Virus record (IMG/VR): IMGVR_UViG_3300023184_000027
Location: 1 to 64,000 of that record
Reading direction: 5' to 3' (one strand)
Length of the DNA: 64,000 nt
Positions 38,184-48,367 of this stretch are shown here, one piece after another. Below the pieces are notes generated by a model, which was not told the origin of the DNA, did no database searches, and saw only the letters and a program-made list of their open reading frames with translations. Position 1 is the stretch's first letter. The number at the start of each line of letters is the position of its first letter. The position numbers and the translations under genes are program-made.

Positions 38184-38712
38184 AATATCTTTTCCTTTTA
38201 CTCGTATATTCCGGTGTTCCGTAGATAACTTTTATTCCAGTGTTTGTTGTTATGTTATCTTTAAAATAATCATTTATACCCCAATCTACCTCATCTCTTA
38301 TTTCCCACCCAAAAATATCATCATTTAATGCGTCCTCTAATGTCCTTTCTCCACCACCCAAATTAACACTACCCGACATATCATCTACCTTTATTCTAAC
38401 AACAACAAATGGTTCATCATCGTCTAAACCCCAATTATCAATATCCACAACCTCAAAAAAGAAATCATAATTACCATAATCATCTATATGATGGGGATTT
38501 TGAAGTAATAAAGATTTTGCTAACTCTTTTGCTTGGTCATTACCTCTAAACTCAACTAAATATTTATATGCTTGGTCATAAGTAACCATTGGGTTACCAC
38601 TATCCAACCCGAACAAACTAATAAAAGTCTTATCTACCTTCCATTTTCCGGTCTTATCCCAATATTTGAAAAAGATGTTCTTTAATTTGGATTCTGTCAG
38701 TATAAATTTCAT
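38173..38712 (-). CDS. Hypothetical protein with LTE leader
   Basis: MKFILTESKL. Confidence 0.7.
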   Translation of the reverse strand: MKFILTESKLKNIFFKYWDKTGKWKVDKTFISLFGLDSGNPMVTYDQAYKYLVEFRGNDQAKELAKSLLLQNPHHIDDYGNYDFFFEVVDIDNWGLDDDEPFVVVRIKVDDMSGSVNLGGGERTLEDALNDDIFGWEIRDEVDWGINDYFKDNITTNTGIKVIYGTPEYTSKRKRYYGR

Positions 38713-38768
38713 TGATTAATTGTCTCGTTAAATTATAATTATAATGATAAATAGTTAAAACTACAGAA

Positions 38769-39119
38769 ATGGCACATCCAATATTACATTCTAAATCATC
38801 CGCCAAAAAGTTTGGTGGTATATGGGAAGATTATATTCACCTACATAATTGGTTAGATGAGACCAAGGCGTGGTACGGACACTCATTACATAGAATTTTC
38901 AGACATCATTCAGAAGGTATTTTTGAGATGGAGCAGAAGTTTGGAGCATCCTTTACAAATAGTGATGGGAAAATTGTTTATACCCGATATGTGGGGGAAC
39001 AACATATTAAAGAAGATTGTTATAATTATATTCCCACAGCCCGTGAGTGGTTACAAGCGTTAGAAAATAAAGAAAAACCCATGTGGATGATAAGAACTTT
39101 AGATATTAATGTAGATTAA
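38769..39119 (+). CDS. DUF6915-like His-rich protein
   Basis: MAHPILHSKSSAKKFGG..EDY..LH.WLDETK...HR..RHH.EG...EQHIKED. Confidence 0.75.
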   Translation: MAHPILHSKSSAKKFGGIWEDYIHLHNWLDETKAWYGHSLHRIFRHHSEGIFEMEQKFGASFTNSDGKIVYTRYVGEQHIKEDCYNYIPTAREWLQALENKEKPMWMIRTLDINVD

Positions 39120-39143
39120 CATATTTATAATAAAAAACAGATT

Positions 39144-39842
39144 ATGCAACCAGAAATAACAGAAGACCAATTAAAATCCCTTAAATTATTCGCAATCTAT
39201 TGTAGAGGTTATGGAGCCGATGAAGTTAATTACACCATATACACAATGAATTGTGAGGAAGATTGGAGAGACGATAGATTTTATCCAACTAACGGGGTTA
39301 GTAGTATAGAAGGATATGATAGAATTAATGAAGTTCTTGACCAAATTATTGACCAAAACGAGTTATTTGAAAATAGTGTTACTGATTGTGAAAATAGAGG
39401 ACAATTAGTGTTTAACATTGATTGTAAAGAAAGAACATTAACTATAAACGCTTGGGAATGGCTATATGGTTATAACGAATCTTCAGCATCTTGGACATTA
39501 GAAGAACTTAAAAAGGATGATGAAAACTATTATAACGAAGTTGTACAAGTATTTGAAATGTTGGGTGATGATAGAACCGCAAGTGTTAGTTTTGAAGGAA
39601 GTGGTGATTCAGGTTCTTTAGATAATTATATGGATATTGAGGGTCAAAGTGAAGATATTTCAGCCGGTCTTGAAGATTTATTGTATAGATTATTAGAAAA
39701 TCATTATGGTGGTTGGGAAAATAACGAAGGTGGTAGAGGAGATTTTATATTTAATCCCTCCGATGGTGAGATACAATTAGAATTCCTTGAAAATACCGAA
39801 GAAGAAGTTTCAGTCCCACTAAATTTCACAATAAAGTTTTAA
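39144..39842 (+). CDS. Protein with DUF6878-like C-terminal domain
   Basis: FEGSGDSG...GWENNEGGRG. Confidence 0.7.
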   Translation: MQPEITEDQLKSLKLFAIYCRGYGADEVNYTIYTMNCEEDWRDDRFYPTNGVSSIEGYDRINEVLDQIIDQNELFENSVTDCENRGQLVFNIDCKERTLTINAWEWLYGYNESSASWTLEELKKDDENYYNEVVQVFEMLGDDRTASVSFEGSGDSGSLDNYMDIEGQSEDISAGLEDLLYRLLENHYGGWENNEGGRGDFIFNPSDGEIQLEFLENTEEEVSVPLNFTIKF

Positions 39843-39843
39843 T

Positions 39844-39872
39844 AAAAAACCCCACCGAAAGATGGGGTTTTT
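39844..39872. terminator. Bidirectional terminator
   Basis: AAAAAACCCCA-CCGAAAGA-TGGGGTTTTT. Confidence 0.7.
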
Positions 39873-39881
39873 ATTTATGAT

Positions 39882-40634
39882 TTAAATCATTTTAAGGATG
39901 ATTTCGGTTTTACCTTCCCACTTTATGATTTTAGATTTTGGTATCCAAAATTCCATCTCACCAATCTCATCAACCTTTTTTAGATACTCCTCTCTAAATC
40001 TTTCAGTCTGACTTCTGTCAGTGATGTAAGGAATACCCATATGTTTAGAACATAACTTACCAACTCCGGTTAACATAGAGAACTCATCGGTCAATGTTTT
40101 AGCACAACATCTACAAATATTACCTCGTTTAATTGTCATTTTACCCTCAAATTTAACCGCTTTTGGTGAAACACCCAATACTTTAGTAATATCAATTAAA
40201 ATTGGGTTAAACTTTAATCCGTATTTTTCTTTCAAATCCTGACCGATTGTTCTACCAATTTTAAGAGTCTCACCAGGAGTAGGAATTTTTAATTGGATGG
40301 TTCGTTTCTTATCAGATTCTTTTTGAATTTGATTTAGTGCCGCTCTAACTTGACTATCGGTTAAAGTACCATATGACATCAATTTATTTTTAATGTCAGT
40401 CATAAATACATTAGTACCTTCGTATTTAGCGATTTTTTGTAAGTCTTCAGACATATTCTCAATTTTAACTGACTGAATACCTTTAAGAGCCTTTTCCGCT
40501 GACTCAAGTTGTTTTGGGGTTAGATTACCCCATTTTTTTAATGAAGCTTTAAGATTTAAAAGAAATGGAGTAGTACCTTCGTAGTTTCTTACTCTTGAGA
40601 AAATAGTCGATGTTGATGTAGTTGTAGTTGTCAT
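39882..40634 (-). CDS. Early protein with DUF6011-like zinc finger
   Basis: CRCCAKTLTDEFS..TGVG..C; promoter TATCTTTG at 40657-40664 (minus). Confidence 0.65.
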   Translation of the reverse strand: MTTTTTSTSTIFSRVRNYEGTTPFLLNLKASLKKWGNLTPKQLESAEKALKGIQSVKIENMSEDLQKIAKYEGTNVFMTDIKNKLMSYGTLTDSQVRAALNQIQKESDKKRTIQLKIPTPGETLKIGRTIGQDLKEKYGLKFNPILIDITKVLGVSPKAVKFEGKMTIKRGNICRCCAKTLTDEFSMLTGVGKLCSKHMGIPYITDRSQTERFREEYLKKVDEIGEMEFWIPKSKIIKWEGKTEIILKMI

Positions 40635-40727
40635 AGGATGTTTGTTTTTGTGAGTACAAAGATAAGCCTTTATTTCATATAACCAAACTTTTTATAAAAA
40701 AAAAAAGGAACAAAATGTTCCTTTAAT

Positions 40728-41666
40728 TTAATATATAAATTCAAATGTAGAATTATCCTCTGATAAATACTTTTCATTACTTGAGATTATTTGTCGTTTT
40801 ATCCCATTTTCAACCTCTTCAACAAATCCCGGAATATTTTGGTAGTCATTATCAACAACCATTTTATTATTAACAACTTTACCGGCTTTAATTATTTTAA
40901 CAATAATTTTAATTTTCCCATCTTCTTCTTTAATATCTGTAATAGTAAAACTTACTTTTTTTGCTGTATCACCATAACCTAAAGTCAATAATTTTTTAGA
41001 ACCAATTAATTCAGATTTAATTTTTGTTGTAAAATTTACCACTCTTTTATTATTGATATCCTCTAAAGTATAATCACCGTTCATAATTCCTTTAATTTCG
41101 TCTTGAGTAGCTCTTATAACATTACTCTTTAAATCCGAACTATAACTTATCGGATTAACCTGAGACATTTGTTTTGCAGTCGCCATCGAATATGTATCAG
41201 AGGATTTAAACCATTTATCATTAATAAATAAATAAACCGGGTACCAGCCATATGATGTTATAACATAATACCATTCATTTTTTTTATTAACATCCCACTT
41301 ACCTTCAATATTTGAACCCTTAAAAGGAATTTTAGCTGAACTATATTCTGACGCTTTATTATTTGGAGTCTTACTTTGTTTAAATAATCTATAATCTTTG
41401 AAGTTCTCTTTGGTTAAATTTTCATAGTCCCCATCTTCCCTAAAATTCGCCGTATAAACCTCATAGTAGAATAACGCATCTTTAGATGGTAACCCAAAAA
41501 CATCCATCATCGATTTAATTAAATCAATTAATACTTTTTTAGTTTTTGTTTGATGTTTGTGTTTGTTAAGGTATTTGAAAAGTAATATTTCTTTTTTTGA
41601 TAAAGGATTTTCATTTTCACCACCCTCAAGTTGTTCTTTTAATATTTTCTTAATTAAATCTCTCAT
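40728..41666 (-). CDS. Hypothetical protein with MRDLIKKILKE leader (start corrected to 41666)
   Basis: MRDLIKKILKEQ. Confidence 0.7.
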   Translation of the reverse strand: MRDLIKKILKEQLEGGENENPLSKKEILLFKYLNKHKHQTKTKKVLIDLIKSMMDVFGLPSKDALFYYEVYTANFREDGDYENLTKENFKDYRLFKQSKTPNNKASEYSSAKIPFKGSNIEGKWDVNKKNEWYYVITSYGWYPVYLFINDKWFKSSDTYSMATAKQMSQVNPISYSSDLKSNVIRATQDEIKGIMNGDYTLEDINNKRVVNFTTKIKSELIGSKKLLTLGYGDTAKKVSFTITDIKEEDGKIKIIVKIIKAGKVVNNKMVVDNDYQNIPGFVEEVENGIKRQIISSNEKYLSEDNSTFEFIY

Positions 41667-41667
41667 T

Positions 41668-42267
41668 TTAGAAATAAGTTTGCTCAAAATATAATACTTG
41701 GAATTTATCGTTCTTGTCAATTAAATTACTAGCGTTGATTAAATCATTGTATTCTACAACCGCATTTTTTTGAAATTTTCTAAATTTAGTTAAAACATCA
41801 AAAGTTGTAATATCATCATTAAATAATGATTGTGAGTTTTTATTATACTCATTCATTAAACCTAACTCCATTTTATATGCTCCGTGAACAATATCAATTA
41901 GATTAGAAAAATCGTGTTTAGTTGGAGCTTGGGGTATTTCCGGTTGAACATTAAAGTCTACCATATATTCTTGTAGAGTCTGAGCATGTGTTAATTCATC
42001 TGACGCCTCATTTGTGAAAAATTCTGCCGCTTTCTTATAATTCATATCCTGACACCAATTAGCCGCCGCTCTATAAAAATAATGTGCTGTGTATTCATCT
42101 TTAATTCTATCAGTAAGAATTTTGATTGTTTTTGTATCTAATTTATATAAGGTAACCTTACTAATTTTATTTAATGTGTTATCACTTTCAACAATCACTT
42201 CGTTATTGGATAATTCCATATTCTTAATATTTTGAAACATTTTATCGGTTAATGTATTTTTTTCCAT
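41668..42267 (-). CDS. Ferritin-like protein
   Basis: DEYTAHYFY...WC...FF...ASDELTHA ferroxidase-type residues; probable start 42267. Confidence 0.85.
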   Translation of the reverse strand: MEKNTLTDKMFQNIKNMELSNNEVIVESDNTLNKISKVTLYKLDTKTIKILTDRIKDEYTAHYFYRAAANWCQDMNYKKAAEFFTNEASDELTHAQTLQEYMVDFNVQPEIPQAPTKHDFSNLIDIVHGAYKMELGLMNEYNKNSQSLFNDDITTFDVLTKFRKFQKNAVVEYNDLINASNLIDKNDKFQVLYFEQTYF

Positions 42268-42286
42268 CTTTTTAATCTTAATTATT

Positions 42287-42601
42287 TTATTTACCAATTA
42301 TTATATCACTATAATCTAATTTACTCATACCATCAATTTCTTTCTCGTCAACAACCTCATCATACATAAATGCTTTTACAACAGATGTCACACTTTCTTC
42401 AGATTGAGCAATTTTACTCTCCATCCAATCCTCAAGTTGTTCTCCATCTTCTAAATGTTCCCACATTTTATGAGCTAAAGTCGCTATTATAAATAATTGT
42501 TGTTTAGCCATATAAGAACCTTTACCATCGTTTTCTTTAATGGTTTTCATTTTTGTTACCAATTTTTCAAATTGTTTTTCAGTAAGTATAATGTTTTTCA
42601 T
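42287..42601 (-). CDS. Small phage protein with LTE leader (start corrected to 42601)
   Basis: MKNIILTEKQF...IKE; MAKQQL...LEDWMESKI. Confidence 0.7.
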   Translation of the reverse strand: MKNIILTEKQFEKLVTKMKTIKENDGKGSYMAKQQLFIIATLAHKMWEHLEDGEQLEDWMESKIAQSEESVTSVVKAFMYDEVVDEKEIDGMSKLDYSDIIIGK

Positions 42602-42710
42602 ATTCAGTTTATTTATAAATATATCATAAAACAAAAAACCCCCACTATTGTGAGGGTTAATTTTGGACCGACAGATGTCGGCGACTCCACCATCCTATTT
42701 TTAAAGAGAA

Positions 42711-43214
42711 TCAGGAAAACTCCGCACTTGTTGATACTCTGAGACCATCAACATTTTTATCATAATAACTTGACATATTAAATGAACTAGGTCTGTAATT
42801 AGGTTTCTTGCGTTGTTCTTCCATATAATTATCATCCAACACATAACCATCCGGTTGACCCCACTCTAAAGCCATCTTAATAAACTCTTCGGTGTCTTGT
42901 AATTCACCATATTCATCAATGATTCTACCTGACCGGATGAACTTCAAAAGTTCTTCTTTGTTAGTGTAAAACTTATTATCTTGGAAGTTCCAAAGGAATT
43001 TCCAACCTCCACTTCTCTTTCCAATATGGATTCTCATATCGTCCAAGAACACATCCCAAGGTGATAGGTTATCAAACCCTCTCTGTGTAGTTCTAAAGTC
43101 ATTTCTTATGTTATCCGGACACCATATATCTAAATTAGATATTTCATCAACCAGCTTAAGGTATTTCTCTCTAACCTCAGTTGCTTTTGGTATTTTATAG
43201 TAATTAGTGGACAT
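42711..43214 (-). CDS. Hypothetical phage protein
   Basis: MSTNYY...HIGKRSGGWKF...IIDEYGE. Confidence 0.7.
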   Translation of the reverse strand: MSTNYYKIPKATEVREKYLKLVDEISNLDIWCPDNIRNDFRTTQRGFDNLSPWDVFLDDMRIHIGKRSGGWKFLWNFQDNKFYTNKEELLKFIRSGRIIDEYGELQDTEEFIKMALEWGQPDGYVLDDNYMEEQRKKPNYRPSSFNMSSYYDKNVDGLRVSTSAEFS

Positions 43215-43429
43215 AGTTATCTTTCTTGTTTATAAATGAATAAAGTATCAATTGTTTTTCCGTCAGTTGTTAATCTTTTTTCCGGTTGGATTCTTTTATC
43301 TGTATGAATTTCTATTGAAGTATCTTTGTTAACTATCATAAACAAAACCACCGCTGTCATCATTCCAATAAACCATCCAATAAAAAATGTTCCTACATCA
43401 GGTGTATTATCTGTTGAGCTCATAATAAT

Positions 43430-43819
43430 TTAATTAAAATATTCTATGGAATCTTTAAAACTTTCATTGGTAAATATTCGGAGAGCGGTTTCAAATAGTT
43501 GTAAGTAAACTACATTACCCTTATCTTTATTTATACACTTAACCACTTGGTATTTACTACCATTATTAGTGGCACCTGTCTCAACTTTACCGGAACTGTA
43601 TAATAATACTTTACTTTCACCAAAATACAAACCGATATCTGTGCTGTTACTCTCATTATACACAACAGTGGTTAAACCGTATTGAGCCGCTTCGGGGACA
43701 TCATTCCTTGTAATAATGTATTTTGTGTATTTTCTAACAAAAGTATCATTCTTAATACTTTCTTGACCAAACATTGATAATGATACAACAATCATTAAAC
43801 CTAACAGTAATTTTTTCAT
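43430..43819 (-). CDS. Secreted/periplasmic protein
   Basis: Bacteroidetes-style signal peptide MKKLLLGLMIVVSLSMFG|Q. Confidence 0.65.
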   Translation of the reverse strand: MKKLLLGLMIVVSLSMFGQESIKNDTFVRKYTKYIITRNDVPEAAQYGLTTVVYNESNSTDIGLYFGESKVLLYSSGKVETGATNNGSKYQVVKCINKDKGNVVYLQLFETALRIFTNESFKDSIEYFN

Positions 43820-44028
43820 AATTTTTTTTTGTTTTTATTTATCTTTAATATCCAAGTAACCCACTATTGCTCCCACACCAGTTATACTAGCCACCGTATA
43901 TACAGCCTCAGCTTTACCTATTGGTTCCCAATTACACTGAAGTGCTTTTATAATACACTTAACCTCTCCCACAATCAAAACTACCACAATCAATATCGCT
44001 ATGATTCCTGTTTTCATAATATTCATTT

Positions 44029-44304
44029 TTATTTAGTTACTAACGCCTCTACTTTACTTCTCATATGGTCTGCCAAATCATAATCATTAACTGATGTTAC
44101 GATAATGGAATCTACCAAATATTTGTGGGGGATGTGGATTAGAAAATCCATCCCGTTGAAGAACGACAAATCATTCTTTAATTCAATACATCCTTGAATC
44201 ATCTTCAAAAATAACTTGAATTGTGTGGTATCCACGAATGTTTCGTGTAATAGTTTTCCGAACTTCTCGTTCTCAATTCTGATAGTGTGAGTGTTTGTCG
44301 TCAT
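44029..44304 (-). CDS. Hypothetical early protein
   Basis: TTTG-N19-TATCTTTG promoter at 44325-44355 (minus). Confidence 0.65.
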   Translation of the reverse strand: MTTNTHTIRIENEKFGKLLHETFVDTTQFKLFLKMIQGCIELKNDLSFFNGMDFLIHIPHKYLVDSIIVTSVNDYDLADHMRSKVEALVTK

Positions 44305-44362
44305 ATGTTTTAGTTTCTATGGTACAAAGATAATTCTTTTTTTGATAATACCAAATATATTT

Positions 44363-44617
44363 TTAATATTTTTCAATATTATATGAACCACAGATTCTGT
44401 GCTCTCTATTATACTCATCTTTGAATGTAATACATCCGTTTTTCTCCACATATGTATTAGTGAAAAAATTTGTGTTCTGAGTTCTATTACCCGAAATGGT
44501 AATTTCATAATAGTGACCATTTATTGAGACACGACTTACCATATACATTCTGTGTCCAATAATAACAAATACAAATAAAAAAATAACACCCACCAAAGTC
44601 AATAACTTATTTACCAT
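44363..44617 (-). CDS. Small membrane-anchored early protein
   Basis: N-terminal TM segment; promoter at 44641-44671 (minus). Confidence 0.6.
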   Translation of the reverse strand: MVNKLLTLVGVIFLFVFVIIGHRMYMVSRVSINGHYYEITISGNRTQNTNFFTNTYVEKNGCITFKDEYNREHRICGSYNIEKY

Positions 44618-44778
44618 ATTAATTTAATTTAAATTCCCGACAAAGATAATACTATTATTTATATAAACAAAAAAAACCTCAACAAATTTTACTCTGTTGA
44701 GGTTTTTATTATAACAGCTAAAAAGAAAGGGGGCTGTTGGCTGAATGAATATATAAATATGTTGTAAAATTAGAAAAG

Positions 44779-45204
44779 TTAATCTTTTTTTAACAATCTC
44801 GTAATTAATTTACATAATTGGTCTGATTTATTATCAAATGGTAAGGTATCAAGGTTAAAATATCCACATTCGCTATGTTCATCACCATCAATTGCGTTTT
44901 CTAAATCCGGATTTATTGGTTCGTCTGTTTCCACCATAAAAACATACATCAGTCCTTTAATCTCAGAACCATCACGATTATATCTCTTAACAAATCCAAT
45001 TAATTTTAAATTATTATCTAATGTATAGTTAGTTTCTTCCTTAAATTCTCGTTTCACTCCATCCATAGGGTGTTCCCCCTTTTCCAAATGACCACAAGGA
45101 ATACTCCATTGTCCTGGTAACTCACCTGTCGCATTTCTTTTGCAAAGCAATACCTCATCACCACATTTAACTATTACCCCGGAATATCGTTTAACCTCTT
45201 TCAT
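44779..45204 (-). CDS. Nudix hydrolase
   Basis: Nudix box GHLEKGEHPMDGVKREFKEETN. Confidence 0.9.
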   Translation of the reverse strand: MKEVKRYSGVIVKCGDEVLLCKRNATGELPGQWSIPCGHLEKGEHPMDGVKREFKEETNYTLDNNLKLIGFVKRYNRDGSEIKGLMYVFMVETDEPINPDLENAIDGDEHSECGYFNLDTLPFDNKSDQLCKLITRLLKKD

Positions 45205-45231
45205 TTTATTAAATTTATGATATTTATCTAT

Positions 45232-45573
45232 ATGATTATAAATATAGGTAATTCAGAATTCAAAGTCAAAGTAGTTTTTTCAAAAAAAGATACATCAAAT
45301 GGTATGATGGGTAAAAGATTTGATAAAACTTTTAATGGTATGTTATTTTTAATGTCCGATGGACAACACGGATTTTGGATGAAAGATTGTATAATACCTT
45401 TAGATATAATTTTCATATCCGATAATGTAATTACAAAAATATACCATAACTGCCCACCTTGTAATACCAAAGAATGTAAATCATATATTGGTGAAGGAGA
45501 CACAATTCTTGAAGTTCAAGGGAACACCTGTAAAAAATTAGGTATTAAAATTGGTGATAAAATATCCGCATAA
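45232..45573 (+). CDS. DUF192 family protein
   Basis: GMM...GMLF...FWMKD..IPLDIIFI...PPC...LEV.G. Confidence 0.85.
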   Translation: MIINIGNSEFKVKVVFSKKDTSNGMMGKRFDKTFNGMLFLMSDGQHGFWMKDCIIPLDIIFISDNVITKIYHNCPPCNTKECKSYIGEGDTILEVQGNTCKKLGIKIGDKISA

Positions 45574-45603
45574 AAAATGAATCATTATAGGTCATCTCTT
45601 ATT

Positions 45604-47013
45604 TTATTTTTTTGTTTCAATTTTACTTTGTAATACTTTCACAAACTCATTCTGAATCATTTTAACAAACTTTACATAAGGAGAATCGTCAGAATCCGGA
45701 TTGTATTTATAATCACCTTTTGGTGGACGAGCGCTTCTACCCATAAAATTTAATCCCGATATATTTGTAATACATTTGTGTCCTCCACTATTAGATTGGA
45801 TAAAGTCCCAAGCATTTACTTTAATATCATCCAACATCTTTCTATGTTCTTCAGGTAATTCAGAAAAAGGTTTTTCCATCATCTCACCAATGTGAACTAA
45901 TTTTCCCTTACCATCTTCCATTGTCTTATATTCTTTACCATATAAAGCAACAAAATCTTTAAAAGTAAACCCAACTGATTCTCCACTAAAATCTTTTGAC
46001 GATTCCGATATCCATTTAATCGTTGATAATGGAATTTCTCTTTGTTTTAATTGGTCTTCCCATTTAGATAAAACTTCTTGAGCTATCTCACCTAAATTAA
46101 CACCTTTTAATTCTCTTTCTTTTTTGAATGGATTACAAGATGCTTGAACTAATCCTAATGGCCAAGCAATAACTATAAAGTCAGCATCAGGATTATTTTT
46201 AAATGGAGTATATCTATCGTAAGAACCTGGTTTAAACATTGACCCACCACCATACTGAACAATAATATTACCCAATACTTTAACATTGGGATTGGTTTTC
46301 ATTGACTCAACATAATCTTCTTTATTTTTTTCAAGTTGTTCAGGTTTTGCATATCCTTTCTCAACCATTATTCTTTTGATGTTGTGTAATATGTTTAACA
46401 ATGATGGAGTTGATTTCATAACCAACTCATCTAAAAACCCAGGTTTGTTTTTAAACGCTAACAACAATTTATTAGCAACTAATCCCATCGCCGTTTTATT
46501 TTTAGATAATGATTTTTCTTTATCTAATCTAAATAAATAAGAAATTACTTGGTCAACACTAATATCATTTATTGAGTAATTAGCAGAATCCACAGTAGAA
46601 ATAAGTAATATATCCTCATTTGGAAATATATCTCGTGGAGAGACTATTTGAGATAATGTTTCAACATTTGACCTAGAAGGTCTAAAAGATGTTGATGTTG
46701 TTTCTTCCGCACCAGCTTGTCTATCGTGGTGGTCCGTGTGAATCATAAACATTGGTTTACCGTGAGCAAAATCTACTAATACCGGCATAATCTCACCACT
46801 AGCGTCAGGTTTTTTAACTGCAAATTCTTTATCACCGTATTGGATAATTTCACAATCAACAACTTTAATACCATTACTTTCAAGATATTGTTTCATAGCA
46901 ATTGCTGAAACAACACCATCAAGGTCCATATGATAATATATCTTAGCCTTCTGATATCTTTTAGCGAGAGATTTTATTTCCCTTAAACCACTTTCTTTAA
47001 TTAATTTTTTCAT
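45604..47013 (-). CDS. DHH-family phosphoesterase with IKE leader
   Basis: HMDLDG, VDFAH, TDHH, DSA, GGH (DHHA1); MKKLIKESGLRE. Confidence 0.8.
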   Translation of the reverse strand: MKKLIKESGLREIKSLAKRYQKAKIYYHMDLDGVVSAIAMKQYLESNGIKVVDCEIIQYGDKEFAVKKPDASGEIMPVLVDFAHGKPMFMIHTDHHDRQAGAEETTSTSFRPSRSNVETLSQIVSPRDIFPNEDILLISTVDSANYSINDISVDQVISYLFRLDKEKSLSKNKTAMGLVANKLLLAFKNKPGFLDELVMKSTPSLLNILHNIKRIMVEKGYAKPEQLEKNKEDYVESMKTNPNVKVLGNIIVQYGGGSMFKPGSYDRYTPFKNNPDADFIVIAWPLGLVQASCNPFKKERELKGVNLGEIAQEVLSKWEDQLKQREIPLSTIKWISESSKDFSGESVGFTFKDFVALYGKEYKTMEDGKGKLVHIGEMMEKPFSELPEEHRKMLDDIKVNAWDFIQSNSGGHKCITNISGLNFMGRSARPPKGDYKYNPDSDDSPYVKFVKMIQNEFVKVLQSKIETKK

Positions 47014-47014
47014 A

Positions 47015-47962
47015 TTATATCAAACCCTTCACCGCATTTCCTAACAATGGTGCCAATAATGTTGTTATTGGGTCAGACCCTGTTTTAGGTTGAGTTGGAG
47101 GTGTTGCTTTCATTTCCTGATTTTCACCACCAAATTCACTATTAAATAATTCTTGATTTTTTGAGTCACTATTAAATTTTGCAACTTTTTGTTCTACATC
47201 CGGAACCTTTTGTTCCAATTCATCCGGACCAACAAAATTATGAATACCTAATGTATCTAATAACGCCAAATACCACTTACTTCTTCTCATCAATGACCTT
47301 GTCGCCGCATTACCACCAATTCTTGGGACACCACCAACAAGTCTATTAAGGAAGGATGGTTTTAACGCCTCATAACCTCTGAAAGCCTTGAATTTACCTG
47401 TCGTACCCATTTCTTTACTTGCTTTAGTAAATAATTTCACATATTCTTCCAATAAATTAACAAATCTACTACCTAAATAAGGAACTTTACCAATAGAAGA
47501 CCTTAATGTAGTTATTAATTTCTCACCCCAAGCCGGAGATTTTTCTACCATTTTAGCAATTGGTCCACCAACTGATTTGGCAGCACCAGCAACTTTAACA
47601 GCATCACCAGTAAGTGTCGCCGCTTTAAATGCTTTAGCTCCTTCACCACCTAATTTCATAACACCCACAACCGGTTTAGCTATAATATCACCAAAAATAG
47701 GTAAAGCAGCTATAAAAGATAAAATTGCAAACAATTTATCTCCTTGTCTCCAATAACTAATACCATTAACTAAATCCACAACACCTGTTGGGTCGAATAT
47801 ACCCGCAATATCACCAACGGTATTATACCATTTTGATTCTGAAAGTAATTTTTTCTTTTCAGGGTAAAGAGTTTTCATTACCTCAACAACAAAAATTTTC
47901 TCACCACGAGTTAAACCTTCCCACTTTTCAGTTAACTCATTAATTTGATTTGATTTTTTCAT
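47015..47962 (-). CDS. Leader-bearing protein with pre-toxin TG (PT-TG)-like hydrophobic hairpin
   Basis: INE/LSE sites, then DIAGIFDPTGVVDLVNGISYWRQGDKLFAILSFIAALPIFGD. Confidence 0.55.
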   Translation of the reverse strand: MKKSNQINELTEKWEGLTRGEKIFVVEVMKTLYPEKKKLLSESKWYNTVGDIAGIFDPTGVVDLVNGISYWRQGDKLFAILSFIAALPIFGDIIAKPVVGVMKLGGEGAKAFKAATLTGDAVKVAGAAKSVGGPIAKMVEKSPAWGEKLITTLRSSIGKVPYLGSRFVNLLEEYVKLFTKASKEMGTTGKFKAFRGYEALKPSFLNRLVGGVPRIGGNAATRSLMRRSKWYLALLDTLGIHNFVGPDELEQKVPDVEQKVAKFNSDSKNQELFNSEFGGENQEMKATPPTQPKTGSDPITTLLAPLLGNAVKGLI

Positions 47963-47964
47963 AA

Positions 47965-48324
47965 TTAATCTAACCCCAAGAAATGAATACCTTTATCAAT
48001 AATACTACCTTCTTGAGATACACAACTTTTGAATATTTGAACATCCGAGTCAGGCATTTTACTTTGTGTTGAAGGTCCCCAAATACCGTCCACAGGATAA
48101 ACACCAATTTTAGATTGGTATTTACTCAATGCTTGTTTAACACTATCACCCAAAAGACCATCAACTTTTAGTGGTTGATTCTTATCATCTCTGTGTCCTT
48201 TTTTATTTAAAAAACATTGAATACCCTTCTTTAATTCAGGACTTTCATTTTGTTCAGTAACCAATCCGTATATAGAACGGATGTCACTTTTTTCTTCTTC
48301 GGAAATTATAAATCTTTTTGCCAT
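47965..48324 (-). CDS. Peptidoglycan-binding-domain protein with ISEE leader
   Basis: IQCFLNKKG...VDGLLG...AL..YQ..IG...DGIWGP.T. Confidence 0.8.
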   Translation of the reverse strand: MAKRFIISEEEKSDIRSIYGLVTEQNESPELKKGIQCFLNKKGHRDDKNQPLKVDGLLGDSVKQALSKYQSKIGVYPVDGIWGPSTQSKMPDSDVQIFKSCVSQEGSIIDKGIHFLGLD

Positions 48325-48367
48325 AATAAATCATTTAGTTATAAATATACGGAAAACAAAAAAGAGG

